A stretch of 64,000 nucleotides of DNA from the IMG/VR virus record IMGVR_UViG_3300024346_000011; one strand, given 5' to 3'. Numbering within the stretch: the stretch's first letter is position 1; the number at the start of each line of letters is the position of its first letter. Both the position numbers and the translations under genes were made by a program. Under the pieces are notes generated by a model, which was not told where the DNA came from, did no database searches, and worked only from the letters and a program-made list of their open reading frames with translations. Of this stretch, positions 1 through 8,992 are shown piece by piece. This stretch comes from a virus.

Positions 1-532
1 TCAAACCTTCAGATTTGCAAATATCATATACTCTGCGAATATACTTTTTGGTCAATTCAGCCTCTTCTTCTTTATCAAAGTCAAAATTAACCAATTCAAA
101 TCGGCTCAGGATTGGATCTGGCAATTTATTAATGTAATTACATGTTGCGATGAAACGTGAATTAGATGCAAATTGTTCCATTGTGGCGCGCAAAGCCTTA
201 AAGAATTGATCAGAGACACCATCAACCTCATCAAGAATAACTACCTTAAATTTGGAGCGATCATCCATAATTGACATTGTCGAACAAAAGTCCGTGATTC
301 GAGTTCTGATCACATCAACCGAAGTGTCTGTTGATGCATTGATATAGAGATATGGAAGATCAAATTGCTGAACGATTGCTTTTGCAGTTGAGGTCTTACC
401 AGTACCTGGTGAACCGGCAAAAAGCATATTTTGCGTAAGTCCGTCCTTGAACTTATTCATAACGCGATCTGGAAGAATCAGATCATTCAGATTTTTAGGT
501 CTGTATTTCTCGGTAAAGAGTGCTTGGATCAT
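1..532 (-). CDS. gp44: Clamp loader large subunit (gp44/RFC-like AAA+ ATPase), truncated by the window edge
   Basis: Not in the ORF track. Manual translation from ATG 532: MIQALFTEKYRPKNLNDLILP...FAGSPGTGKTS (Walker A)...VVILDEVDG (Walker B)...FIATCNYINKLPDPILSRF. Frame open to position 1. Confidence 0.92.
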   Translation of the reverse strand, partial: MIQALFTEKYRPKNLNDLILPDRVMNKFKDGLTQNMLFAGSPGTGKTSTAKAIVQQFDLPYLYINASTDTSVDVIRTRITDFCSTMSIMDDRSKFKVVILDEVDGVSDQFFKALRATMEQFASNSRFIATCNYINKLPDPILSRFELVNFDFDKEEEAELTKKYIRRVYDICKSEGL

Positions 533-549
533 ATCTGTAACATTTAGTA

Positions 550-578
550 ATTATACCACGGACCTACAAAATGTTTCA
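550..578 (-). promoter_or_regulatory. Putative middle/replication promoter TGAAAC-N17-TATAAT for gp44
   Basis: Minus strand TGAAAC ATTTTGTAGGTCCGTGG TATAAT; same motif and spacing recur at six other sites. Confidence 0.7.
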
Positions 579-586
579 GATAAATA
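579..586 (+). promoter_or_regulatory. Putative late promoter GATAAATA, 4 nt upstream of ATG 591
   Basis: One mismatch to the T4 late promoter TATAAATA and to this window's GATATATA motif; same 4-nt spacing to ATG as other sites. Confidence 0.55.
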
Positions 587-590
587 TTAT

Positions 591-1100
591 ATGGCGTATA
601 ACAACAAATATCCTGAGATTAAAAGAACTGGCGGACCATACCCTAGAAATAAATACGGGGTCCGCTACGACTCTATCTCAAAATCTCAAAGAAGATTACT
701 GTTAGAGCACCCTCTATTAAAGGACCGTGCCCAGAGTGATCAATTTCTACATATAATTTTTGAGGTTGCTAGACCAAGGAATGCCACTCGTGATTATAAG
801 TTCTATTATGACTGGTCGACTGAATCCTTTGTTAAAATCGATGAGCTGAAGGATATTTATGATACCATTGAATGGGAATGCGCCTTTTCAGGTCAAAAGA
901 TTATGGCCAGTATTAATGATTTCTCTCCAGAGAATTTTGTTCACCCAGATCATTGGGATATGATTAACTATAAAATGATTGATGGTCGCATCGTAAGATC
1001 TTCAGTTGAGTTTCGTAAAAAAGCAAAGAAAGTCCTTCTGAAACAACAGAAGGACTTCCTTAAAATAGCCCGTAAAAATTCAGAAACTAACTTAGATTAA
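591..1100 (+). CDS. Hypothetical protein; the only credible plus-strand gene
   Basis: ORF 447..1100; start moved to ATG 591 (MAYNNKYP...) because the upstream part overlaps gp44 and its promoter; fills the gap between minus-strand genes. Confidence 0.7.
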   Translation: MAYNNKYPEIKRTGGPYPRNKYGVRYDSISKSQRRLLLEHPLLKDRAQSDQFLHIIFEVARPRNATRDYKFYYDWSTESFVKIDELKDIYDTIEWECAFSGQKIMASINDFSPENFVHPDHWDMINYKMIDGRIVRSSVEFRKKAKKVLLKQQKDFLKIARKNSETNLD

Positions 1101-2558
1101 TTTCTTAAATCTATCTTTAATATTTAATGTGAATGATTCGTTTAACGTATATTCCATTTCTAATTTAGAAATTTCCATCTCGAAGATTCTACCTAATTCA
1201 GTACCTTCAATTTGCCAATTTTCTTTAGCCATGATATCATCTTTCAACTTCTTAAGCTTATCTAGTTTAGGAGAAGCATCAGCCTTGGATTTAGCTAATT
1301 CATCTTCTTTAGACTTAAGAGCAACTTTTAATACGTCAATTTTATTCTGATCTTCCTTAGACTTTTTACCTTTAGATTCTAATTGTTCAATAGCATCTTT
1401 ATATTCTTTAATCTTATCTTTTACTGCAGAATCTCCTAACTTTTCTTCTTCAGTATCGATCATTTTTTGAATCCTATCAAGTTTACCTTGCTTAGAATTC
1501 TTTACTTCTTGATCTTTTTTATTATCATCTGAAGAACCATCATCTTGTCCTACCTCTCCAGATTTTTTTGCATCTTGAGTTTCTTCAGCATCTGGAGTTT
1601 CTTCAGCATCTGGAGTTTCTTCACCATCTTGAGTTTCTTCAGCGGCTGGAGTTTCTTCACCATTATCTGTAGAAGTTAATTTTTTTAATTTCTCTTCAGC
1701 TTTCTTTACTTTTTCTTTTGCAGAATCAAGTGTTTTAGATTGATTTGGATCTTCAATTGCAATTTCTAAGTCTAATTTAGCTAATTTTAAAGCATATTGT
1801 GCTAATTCCATTTCTTTTTCTGGACCATCAGCCATTCCATCAATATCTTCTTTTTGATCCTTAAGAGCTTCTTTTTGCTTTTTAAGAATTTGGATTTTAT
1901 CATCACCTTTTGCATCTTGAGCATCTTGTTCAGCAGTTGCTGCCATATCTTGAAGTGCTGTATCCTCTTCTTTTATCTTAGCCATAAGATCTCTCATGCG
2001 CTCTTTCATTTCTTTAGGGTCTTTAATATTACCAACCTGTGCCTTAACAACCGCTAAATCACCTTCAAGTCTTGTTTTCTTAACAAGACCTTCAACATAA
2101 GAACCATAACCAGCCGCCATATCATTAATTTGCGCCTGAATTTCTTTAATATTTTGACTTAATTGTCTACTCTTATCAACTAGATATTTCTTCTTATCTG
2201 AATCATCAGAACCTTGAAGTTTTGCAGCTGCAATCTCCATATCTGACTCTTTTAATTTCATGTTATTTATCTGTTTCTGCTTTTTAACCATTCTAGGGCC
2301 AAACCAAATCCATTGCATTACTAAACTTTTCTTATCGCCAGATGCTTCATTTATTTGATTAGCAGATTCAGCTTCTAATTCTTCTTGTAATTCGCCAGCT
2401 AAAGTTTCTAATGAAGTCATAATAGCATCAACGTCGGTCATGATAGCGTCTCTTGAAGAAGATTCAGCTGCTGATGCAATTATTGGCTCTGCAACCGGTT
2501 CTCCGGCGATTTGCTCATTAACTGCTTTATACCAATTGTCAAATGATTTAATTTTCAT
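1092..2558 (-). CDS. Coiled-coil, acidic putative internal head/core protein
   Basis: 488 aa directly downstream of the capsid gene with its own GATATATA; N-terminus MKIKSFDNWYKAVNE resembles the shared tag; VNE/INE/LNE putative protease sites. Confidence 0.55.
   Translation of the reverse strand: MKIKSFDNWYKAVNEQIAGEPVAEPIIASAAESSSRDAIMTDVDAIMTSLETLAGELQEELEAESANQINEASGDKKSLVMQWIWFGPRMVKKQKQINNMKLKESDMEIAAAKLQGSDDSDKKKYLVDKSRQLSQNIKEIQAQINDMAAGYGSYVEGLVKKTRLEGDLAVVKAQVGNIKDPKEMKERMRDLMAKIKEEDTALQDMAATAEQDAQDAKGDDKIQILKKQKEALKDQKEDIDGMADGPEKEMELAQYALKLAKLDLEIAIEDPNQSKTLDSAKEKVKKAEEKLKKLTSTDNGEETPAAEETQDGEETPDAEETPDAEETQDAKKSGEVGQDDGSSDDNKKDQEVKNSKQGKLDRIQKMIDTEEEKLGDSAVKDKIKEYKDAIEQLESKGKKSKEDQNKIDVLKVALKSKEDELAKSKADASPKLDKLKKLKDDIMAKENWQIEGTELGRIFEMEISKLEMEYTLNESFTLNIKDRFKKLI
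1571..1662 (-). repeat. 18-nt tandem repeat, about 5 copies, encoding (G/A)EET(P/Q)(D/A)
   Basis: Protein GEETPAAEETQDGEETPDAEETPDAEETQDA; DNA unit gtttcttcagcatctgga. Confidence 0.85.
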
Positions 2559-2585
2559 ATTTATGATATTTTATATTTATAGTCT

Positions 2586-2593
2586 ATATATCA
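2586..2593 (-). promoter_or_regulatory. Putative late promoter GATATATA
   Basis: Motif immediately after the capsid-gene terminator, upstream of 1092..2558. Confidence 0.55.
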
Positions 2594-2626
2594 AAATAAA
2601 AAAGGGAGATCTTTCGATCTCCCTTT
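2594..2626 (-). terminator. Rho-independent terminator after the capsid gene
   Basis: AAAGGGAGATC-GAAA-GATCTCCCTTT followed by TTATTTT. Confidence 0.85.
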
Positions 2627-2655
2627 AAGAATATTCATTCTAATTAATACTCAGA

Positions 2656-4083
2656 TTAAAGAGTGATTAAGTTAGTACCGCCGTTCGCGATTGAAATATC
2701 GAAAGTTACATACTGAGTTTCTGGGTGGAAACCAGCCTCAACTAAAGCGAATCTAGACTTAACAGCTACTTTAGGAGCCATTGTGCCTTCTGCGATAGTT
2801 TGTACAGATTCAGCCATTAAGTAAGGCATGAATACTAAACCAGGACCGTTACCATCACCTTTTCTACCTACAGCAACTTGGTAATCACCCCATGCCATTG
2901 TTGGATCAGTGTAAACATTGATACCAGCAACTGAACCTAATGGATAGATTGCACCAGCAGCTTGAGAGAATGTGTTAGCCATTGGGTTAGCTACGAAACC
3001 AGAAATTGATTGTAATACTGTAGCAACTTGTGGACCAACTACTGCGAATGTACCTGCGCCTCTTCTACCTCTGTTAGCGATTAAGTTAGCAGCAGCTAAA
3101 ACCTGAGTTAAGATTTTTCTTTGCTCAGAAGCAACTGTTTCACCACCAGATAAAGCAGCTTTATTTTGTAATTCAAGATCAAAGTTACCAGCACCCATTG
3201 CCTTAGTAACGTTATCAACACCAAGTGATCTAACTTTACCTAAGATGAATTGGTTGATTGATTGAGTTAACTCGTTAGTTAATACAGACTCAACTTGAGC
3301 AACTGCATCAACACCGAATTGCTTAAGATCTTGTACTTGCTCTCTTGTTACAGCTGCAGCGATTTGGAAAGTCTTAGCTTCAACTGCCTTAGAGAATAAT
3401 GAAAGACCCATTAACTTGTCTGATGTAGATTCACCTTCAGCTCTTGAGTATGGATCGCCATTAGACTTACCAGTAGCACCTTTGATGTGATCTTCTAAAG
3501 CCTTAACTAATTCGATACCGTTATCAACAGCAGTTAAAGATTCGAATGCAGCTAACATTGTACTAGCGTGTGCGCCAGCCTCTTCTACTTGGTAGATTGC
3601 GTAGCCATCGATTCTTGAAGTTTCAGCTAATTTTGTGAATGTGTAGCCATCAGCAGAACCTGCACCGTCTTGAGACTTTGACTTGATGTAAGTTGGAGCA
3701 ACACCACCGTCTAATCTACCACCTTCGTATACGAAGTCTAAGTAAGATAATAAGCCCATAGGACCTGCCATAGGAACAACAGGAACTAAGTCTAAACCTA
3801 CAGTTTGTGCAGCAACTTGCATTGCTAATGGTAATAAAGAAGGAGCTTTGTCACCAGAACCTTTTGCAACACCGTCTACAGCACCTGGAAGTGCAACAGC
3901 ACCCATACCGAATAAGTTCATACCTGGTTGTAAAGACATGATGTTAGCGTCTTCATAAAGCTTGTGATTGTGGCAGTACTGCGACATCCAAGCTAATTTG
4001 TTTGTGTCATTGATACCAGTTGCAGACTCGATGATTGGAGACCAAGTTGCTCTGATTTCTGACTCGTTAATTAAATTTGCCAT
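2656..4083 (-). CDS. gp23: Major capsid protein (gp23-like)
   Basis: 475 aa; VPVVPMAGPMGLLSYLDFVY, TREQVQDLK, IANRGRRGAGTF, GLVFMPY, PKVAVKSRFAL match T4-type capsid motifs; downstream of protease and portal. Confidence 0.93.
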   Translation of the reverse strand: MANLINESEIRATWSPIIESATGINDTNKLAWMSQYCHNHKLYEDANIMSLQPGMNLFGMGAVALPGAVDGVAKGSGDKAPSLLPLAMQVAAQTVGLDLVPVVPMAGPMGLLSYLDFVYEGGRLDGGVAPTYIKSKSQDGAGSADGYTFTKLAETSRIDGYAIYQVEEAGAHASTMLAAFESLTAVDNGIELVKALEDHIKGATGKSNGDPYSRAEGESTSDKLMGLSLFSKAVEAKTFQIAAAVTREQVQDLKQFGVDAVAQVESVLTNELTQSINQFILGKVRSLGVDNVTKAMGAGNFDLELQNKAALSGGETVASEQRKILTQVLAAANLIANRGRRGAGTFAVVGPQVATVLQSISGFVANPMANTFSQAAGAIYPLGSVAGINVYTDPTMAWGDYQVAVGRKGDGNGPGLVFMPYLMAESVQTIAEGTMAPKVAVKSRFALVEAGFHPETQYVTFDISIANGGTNLITL

Positions 4084-4178
4084 TTTATGTTAATTTTATT
4101 TTTTAATGGTTTTTATTTAGTTTCGATTGTCTTTCAGTTTTCTGCTTCTTAACTGATAATCGATTATTTTTATATTAC

Positions 4179-4194
4179 TATATATCTATATATT
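4179..4194 (-). promoter_or_regulatory. Tandem putative late promoters (AATATATA, GATATATA) for the capsid gene
   Basis: Minus strand AATATATAGATATATA about 95 nt upstream of the gp23 ATG. Confidence 0.6.
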
Positions 4195-4236
4195 CTTAAT
4201 AAAAAAATGAGTTTTTTCATTTTTTCATTTTTTTTC

Positions 4237-4270
4237 AAAAAAATATTGAGGACCAAAATGGTCCCCAATA
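4237..4270 (-). terminator. Rho-independent terminator after the protease-scaffold gene
   Basis: TATTGGGGACCA-TTT-TGGTCCTCAATA (one G-U pair) followed by T7. Confidence 0.7.
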
Positions 4271-4296
4271 CTTATATTCTTATATATTCAATTGAA

Positions 4297-6339
4297 TTAT
4301 CTGTTGAATCTTTTCTTAAGATCTTCAGCAACGCTTGTTAAATCGTATGGTAATTGCTTAGTTTCTTCTTTAGATTCTTTTACCATTGCGATTTTTTCCA
4401 TGATTGGTGCAACTTCTCTTAAGTCTCTTGTCTGCCAGAAGTTAGCAACCTGGTAAGGAGTATCTAACTTGTGGTATTTAGACTGTGCTAAGATTTGAGA
4501 TTTCTTAGATTCAGATAATTTAGCCCATGTTTCTTTGTATTCAGCTGGCATCATTGTTAATACATTAGGTTGACCTGCAACTGGAGCATCTACGATTAAT
4601 GCATTCTTCCATAAACCTAAGATCTGACCTTCTGTTAAGTAACCTTTACCTTCAACAGCTGATAAAACTTTTGACTTATCTTCTGTAGCTAATTCACTGT
4701 ATTCAGCCTGTACTGATTCAGATACAAATCTGAAGAAGTGTGGATTATCATTCTTCTTTTCAGTAGCCTTATTGATTAATGCTTGTAACTTTTCAGTGAT
4801 TTCATTCTTGTAAGCTTCCATTGCATCTTCTTTTTTCTCGCAAACACATGGTTCTTGACCACATTCTCCGCAAGATTCTACAACTGCTTCAGCTGCTTCA
4901 GCTTCTTCTTCAACTTTATAAGTCTTACCGTCGAATTCGAATTCTTCTTCACCAGCTTCTTTAGCCTTTCTTACAGCATCACCAAATGCATTACCTTCAG
5001 CAATTTCTTCGCCTGCTGCATCACCTTCACCTTCTAATTCAAGGTCTTTCTCAACATTAACTGGCTCTTCAACATCGTTATCAACTTCTTTAGTTTCATC
5101 TTTTAAATCTTCAGCTGGTAAACCTGCTTCTTCGCCTGCTTCTTCAGTGATTTCTTCGCCTGCAGCATCACCTTCACCTTCTAATTCAAGGTCTTTCTCA
5201 ACGTTTACTGGCTCTTCAACATCTGAATCAACTACTTTAGTTTCGTCTTCTAATTCTTCAGCTGGTAAACCTGCTTCGTCTTCTAATAATAAGTTAGAGT
5301 TAACCGTTTCAGCAACGTACTCAGCGTACTCAGTAACTGATTGTAAATTTTCTTTTAAGTAATCTACATACTTTAATAAGTTTTCGTGAGTTGTAGCGCC
5401 TTCGTTGTAAGCTTCTGCTAAATAGTTAGTGTATTCTTTAATTTGATTAACACCTTCAGCAATGTGCTCAGAGTATGAGATATTGCTATCAACTTTTTCT
5501 GCAACGTGCTCAGCATAAGAAATTGCCTGATCAGTCTTTTCAGCAACGTGCTCTGAATATTGGATTGATTGGTCTAATTTCTCAGCTAAATAAGTTGCAT
5601 ATTCTTTTAAATTTGAAATTTCTTGAGCAGTCTCATTATTAGTTGCAGATTCCATAGCCTCTTTTAAAGACTTAATCTCTTCTGCAAGATACTGAGAATA
5701 CTTGTTGAAATCTTCAACTGAAATAAATTTTGATTCTGCCATTGTATTATTTTCTTTATTTTTGATAGTTTCAATGTTTTCTAATAAATCTGCTTTACCT
5801 GGAACTTCAAAGATTTGAATTGAATCATCATTTGCAAAACCAAATGATTCGTTCACACGCTTTAATTCAGCGTTTTCAAAACCAGGATCAGCTACTAAAT
5901 CATAGGTGAATAATTGCTTAATCTTTACTTGTCCATTAGATTCAACTGCACCTGCAGCTCTTGATGAGATTTGCAATGGAACTCCAGCATCAACTAAAGC
6001 TTTAGCCTGACGACCTGCATCTGTATCTAATAATCTGATTCGACCTCTGATTTGTTTATTTTCCTTATCGTAAGTGATTTCTTCAATAATGTGAGAAACA
6101 TTCTTTAAGGATACATCAAAATTTTGTGGGTGATCTAATTCACCTAAAAGCTTTGATGCTTTAATTTTATCTTGTAGTGCTTCAATTTGTGGTAAGTATT
6201 CTTCAGCTGAATAGATGCGATTATTTCTGTTCTTCTTATCTAATTCACCAAAAATACCTTCTAAAACATAAGCACCGCCATCTGATTTAAATGTTAATTC
6301 AGATGAAGATCTTTCCAAGATTAGTAAATCTTTGTTCAT
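4297..6339 (-). CDS. gp21: Prohead protease (gp21-like) fused to an acidic scaffold/core region (gp22-like)
   Basis: N-terminal ~170 aa: LEGIF...NRNNRIY, LGELDHP (catalytic His), ISSRAAG (catalytic Ser), TYDLVADPGF; followed by 11-aa Y(A/S)EHVAE repeats and an acidic region. Confidence 0.88.
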   Translation of the reverse strand: MNKDLLILERSSSELTFKSDGGAYVLEGIFGELDKKNRNNRIYSAEEYLPQIEALQDKIKASKLLGELDHPQNFDVSLKNVSHIIEEITYDKENKQIRGRIRLLDTDAGRQAKALVDAGVPLQISSRAAGAVESNGQVKIKQLFTYDLVADPGFENAELKRVNESFGFANDDSIQIFEVPGKADLLENIETIKNKENNTMAESKFISVEDFNKYSQYLAEEIKSLKEAMESATNNETAQEISNLKEYATYLAEKLDQSIQYSEHVAEKTDQAISYAEHVAEKVDSNISYSEHIAEGVNQIKEYTNYLAEAYNEGATTHENLLKYVDYLKENLQSVTEYAEYVAETVNSNLLLEDEAGLPAEELEDETKVVDSDVEEPVNVEKDLELEGEGDAAGEEITEEAGEEAGLPAEDLKDETKEVDNDVEEPVNVEKDLELEGEGDAAGEEIAEGNAFGDAVRKAKEAGEEEFEFDGKTYKVEEEAEAAEAVVESCGECGQEPCVCEKKEDAMEAYKNEITEKLQALINKATEKKNDNPHFFRFVSESVQAEYSELATEDKSKVLSAVEGKGYLTEGQILGLWKNALIVDAPVAGQPNVLTMMPAEYKETWAKLSESKKSQILAQSKYHKLDTPYQVANFWQTRDLREVAPIMEKIAMVKESKEETKQLPYDLTSVAEDLKKRFNR
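4999..5278 (-). repeat. 147-nt (49-aa) tandem duplication in the scaffold region
   Basis: EAGLPAE.L.DETK.VD.DVEEPVNVEKDLELEGEGDAAGEEI twice; tcagctggta at 5111 and 5258. Confidence 0.9.
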
Positions 6340-6365
6340 ACTATGATATTATTTATATTTGTTAA

Positions 6366-6373
6366 TATATATC
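6366..6373 (-). promoter_or_regulatory. Putative late promoter GATATATA for the protease-scaffold gene
   Basis: Motif 26 nt upstream of ATG 6339. Confidence 0.6.
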
Positions 6374-6408
6374 CTATTAAAAAATAGGGTTTTTTCAAAA
6401 AAGTTTTT

Positions 6409-6753
6409 TTAAAGGCCAGCAAGAGGATCATCTCCTCCTTCTTCTTCTTTTTTCTTAGCTTCTTCCTCTTCAGTTTCTTTAGCAGTGACTTCTTCTAAAT
6501 AATCATTAAAATACTTTACTAAAGATGCTATATCGGCTTCTGTGAATGCTGTCATGCTGTATTGATTATAGAAATAATCTAAAAATTCATCTTCTGATTC
6601 ACAAGATACCATTGCTCCTACGATTTCAGTTGATTTAATTTCTAAACCACTATCACATGTATAATCATCTACAGTAACCTTAGAATCTTTAGGTGTCATT
6701 GCTTCTTCTTTTAAAGATTCAATAAATTCTTCGTATAATTTGATTCTTTTCAT
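6409..6753 (-). CDS. Small acidic prohead core protein (position of T4 gp67/gp68)
   Basis: 114 aa between portal and protease; starts MKRIKLYEEFIE (shared tag). Confidence 0.55.
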   Translation of the reverse strand: MKRIKLYEEFIESLKEEAMTPKDSKVTVDDYTCDSGLEIKSTEIVGAMVSCESEDEFLDYFYNQYSMTAFTEADIASLVKYFNDYLEEVTAKETEEEEAKKKEEEGGDDPLAGL

Positions 6754-6770
6754 ATTATTAAACTATTCTT

Positions 6771-8369
6771 TTAAAATCCTAAACCGCCCATTGGGTCTGC
6801 TTCAGGCTCTTGAGCGTCTTTTGCTGCTTTACGAGCTTTATACGCTGCGTTTCTTTGTTTATCATCATCAGACAATTTCAAGTAACGATCAACAAGGAAT
6901 TCCATATCAAAATAATAGTTTTCCTCCATTGTTACAGGGTCTGTCTCCATTAATGAATCTTTCAATGAACCGATAAATTCAATTCTACGTTCCATGATTT
7001 CCATATTCTTTAATTCAGCAAACATGTTCTCTTCTTGGAATTGCAGAGAAATTTGTGTTTTGAATGCTGGATCGTTCTCGAAATCAGGGAACTTTAAGCA
7101 CATTTGAATATAAAGTGGCTTAACTAAAATCTCTTGGAATGTAGATCTTAAACGTTTGATAAATTTAGCAAACTTGATTTCGTCACGAATCATACCATCA
7201 GCTGCTAAGTTAAATTCGCCGCCGCCGTCTTCATATAAGAATCTATTGAATGGAATCTTAGAAACTGCCTTTAATTTATCAGAGAAGTATTTAAGTGCTT
7301 CTGTATCTGATAATTCTGGACCTTCACCACCGAGTGTTTCGATTTCTGGTGATTCGCCGTCTTTAGAAGGTAACCAATATTCCTTATTAAATTGAAGCAT
7401 TGGTCGGCCATTAGTATTAAGAGAAGCTGAATCCCAATCAAAGTCTACAACTTCTTTATAGTTACTCATCAATTGTGCAAGAGATTGTTTTGCTCTTGTT
7501 TTAGATTTACCGCCTACAGGAATAATGAACTTCATTCTGTAAGATGAGTTTGTTACCGCCCAAATAACTCTTGTATGCTCCATAATGCGAAGCAAGTTAA
7601 ATGCTCTAACAAGTCTCTCTAAGTATGAAACTCTTGATGCTGTAGTAATTGATGAATAAGAAATATAAATGATCTGAGAATCATATAATGTTCTCTCCTT
7701 CATTGGATTATCCTTAAACTGAGTCCAAACTTTCTTACCATCTTCTTTATTATAACCTGGTACAAGTGTAATTGGATCAATTTCTTTAAAGCCAATAATT
7801 TCAGTTTGTTCTGGATTGTAGATAATTTCAAACGCAAGATAACCATCAATTAAGAACTTTCTAAAGTAGTACCATGCTGATTGATCTTGTGTAAAACCAA
7901 AGTATTGATAGATTTGCTTAAATGCTTTTTGTAAATACTTATCAACTTCTTCTGGAACATCCATTCCAATTAATTCAGGTGAAGCAATAAAATTTTTGTT
8001 ATCATATACAATTGACTCATCACAAAGAATATCAAGAATATCTTCAATCTCGTCGTATGTTGAGAATGCTCTAAGCTCTTCACGCTTGGATTCATAATTT
8101 TTATCGAAGAACGGAATATTCTTACGCATGTTGGTATCTGACATCGATAGAGCTGCAAATGCACCCCATAGATCATCATTATCAACACCCATTTGGTTCA
8201 TCATTCCATAACCGATTGCGTCCTCAATTGGACCAATTGCTTGAGATTGACGTAATACTAAGTCATCATAGAACATACCAAAAGAGCTCAACTTTTTAAG
8301 TTGATCCCTTAGTGTGAATGGTCTTTTGCCCGTACTGAATGGGCCATTTCTTTCTACAAATCCTGCCAT
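6771..8369 (-). CDS. gp20: Portal protein (gp20-like)
   Basis: 532 aa; RKFLIDG, SYLERLVRAFNLLRIMEH, EYWLPSKDGESPEIETLGG, YFSDKL..VSKIP, IRDEIKFAKFIKRLRSTF. Confidence 0.93.
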   Translation of the reverse strand: MAGFVERNGPFSTGKRPFTLRDQLKKLSSFGMFYDDLVLRQSQAIGPIEDAIGYGMMNQMGVDNDDLWGAFAALSMSDTNMRKNIPFFDKNYESKREELRAFSTYDEIEDILDILCDESIVYDNKNFIASPELIGMDVPEEVDKYLQKAFKQIYQYFGFTQDQSAWYYFRKFLIDGYLAFEIIYNPEQTEIIGFKEIDPITLVPGYNKEDGKKVWTQFKDNPMKERTLYDSQIIYISYSSITTASRVSYLERLVRAFNLLRIMEHTRVIWAVTNSSYRMKFIIPVGGKSKTRAKQSLAQLMSNYKEVVDFDWDSASLNTNGRPMLQFNKEYWLPSKDGESPEIETLGGEGPELSDTEALKYFSDKLKAVSKIPFNRFLYEDGGGEFNLAADGMIRDEIKFAKFIKRLRSTFQEILVKPLYIQMCLKFPDFENDPAFKTQISLQFQEENMFAELKNMEIMERRIEFIGSLKDSLMETDPVTMEENYYFDMEFLVDRYLKLSDDDKQRNAAYKARKAAKDAQEPEADPMGGLGF

Positions 8370-8392
8370 TATAATATGGTATTAATTTTGTT

Positions 8393-8400
8393 TATATATT
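8393..8400 (-). promoter_or_regulatory. Putative late promoter AATATATA for portal
   Basis: Motif variant in the 35-nt intergenic gap upstream of gp20. Confidence 0.5.
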
Positions 8401-8404
8401 CCAT

Positions 8405-8992
8405 TTATCTTCGATTAAATAATCGTCTTATTTGGTTTACTGTTGCTCCATTTAACTGAATAAAATCGCAAAGTGCTATTTCTGGCCATTTATTATAACT
8501 TACTACAGTCTGCTGGCTCTTTCGACTTGGTATATATTGCCTAATTGCAAAATCATATCCATATCTTTGTAGATATGATTTCATACCGTCGTATGTTAAT
8601 CTAAGTGGTCGTTGTGTATTTGCATTGGTCTCACGAGCACCTGTCGTTGCTGATTTAATTTGACCACCAAATCTAGAATACAAATCATCTAACAATTGTT
8701 CTTTTAGCATAATCGGTATCAAATTAAGATTTACACCCAAGTCATTACCATCGACCTGTTCAATTGCTAAAACAACTGGATTTTGATCGAACCATGGCAG
8801 ATTTTCCGTAGCTGGATTATATCTAAAAACATAAATCTTGCCGGGTTCGAATCTATCTCTAGTTTGATAAACTTCATTTTCGCGTACTGATCGCTTAGTT
8901 TCATTATACCAAAGTTCAGCCCGTCTTCTAGCAGTAGCCTTAGACCCTGATTCTTTGATTAATTCTCTAATACGACTTTTAACGTAACCCAT
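8405..8992 (-). CDS. gp2: DNA end protector protein (gp2-like)
   Basis: PGKIYVFRYNP, LPWFDQNPVVL, LGVNLNLIP, AIRQY; adjacent to gp4-like gene. Confidence 0.78.
   Translation of the reverse strand: MGYVKSRIRELIKESGSKATARRRAELWYNETKRSVRENEVYQTRDRFEPGKIYVFRYNPATENLPWFDQNPVVLAIEQVDGNDLGVNLNLIPIMLKEQLLDDLYSRFGGQIKSATTGARETNANTQRPLRLTYDGMKSYLQRYGYDFAIRQYIPSRKSQQTVVSYNKWPEIALCDFIQLNGATVNQIRRLFNRR

Noticed and set aside
447-590. 5' extension of the plus-strand ORF 447..1100
   Set aside because: Overlaps the gp44 coding region and its promoter; ATG 591 fits the late-promoter spacing
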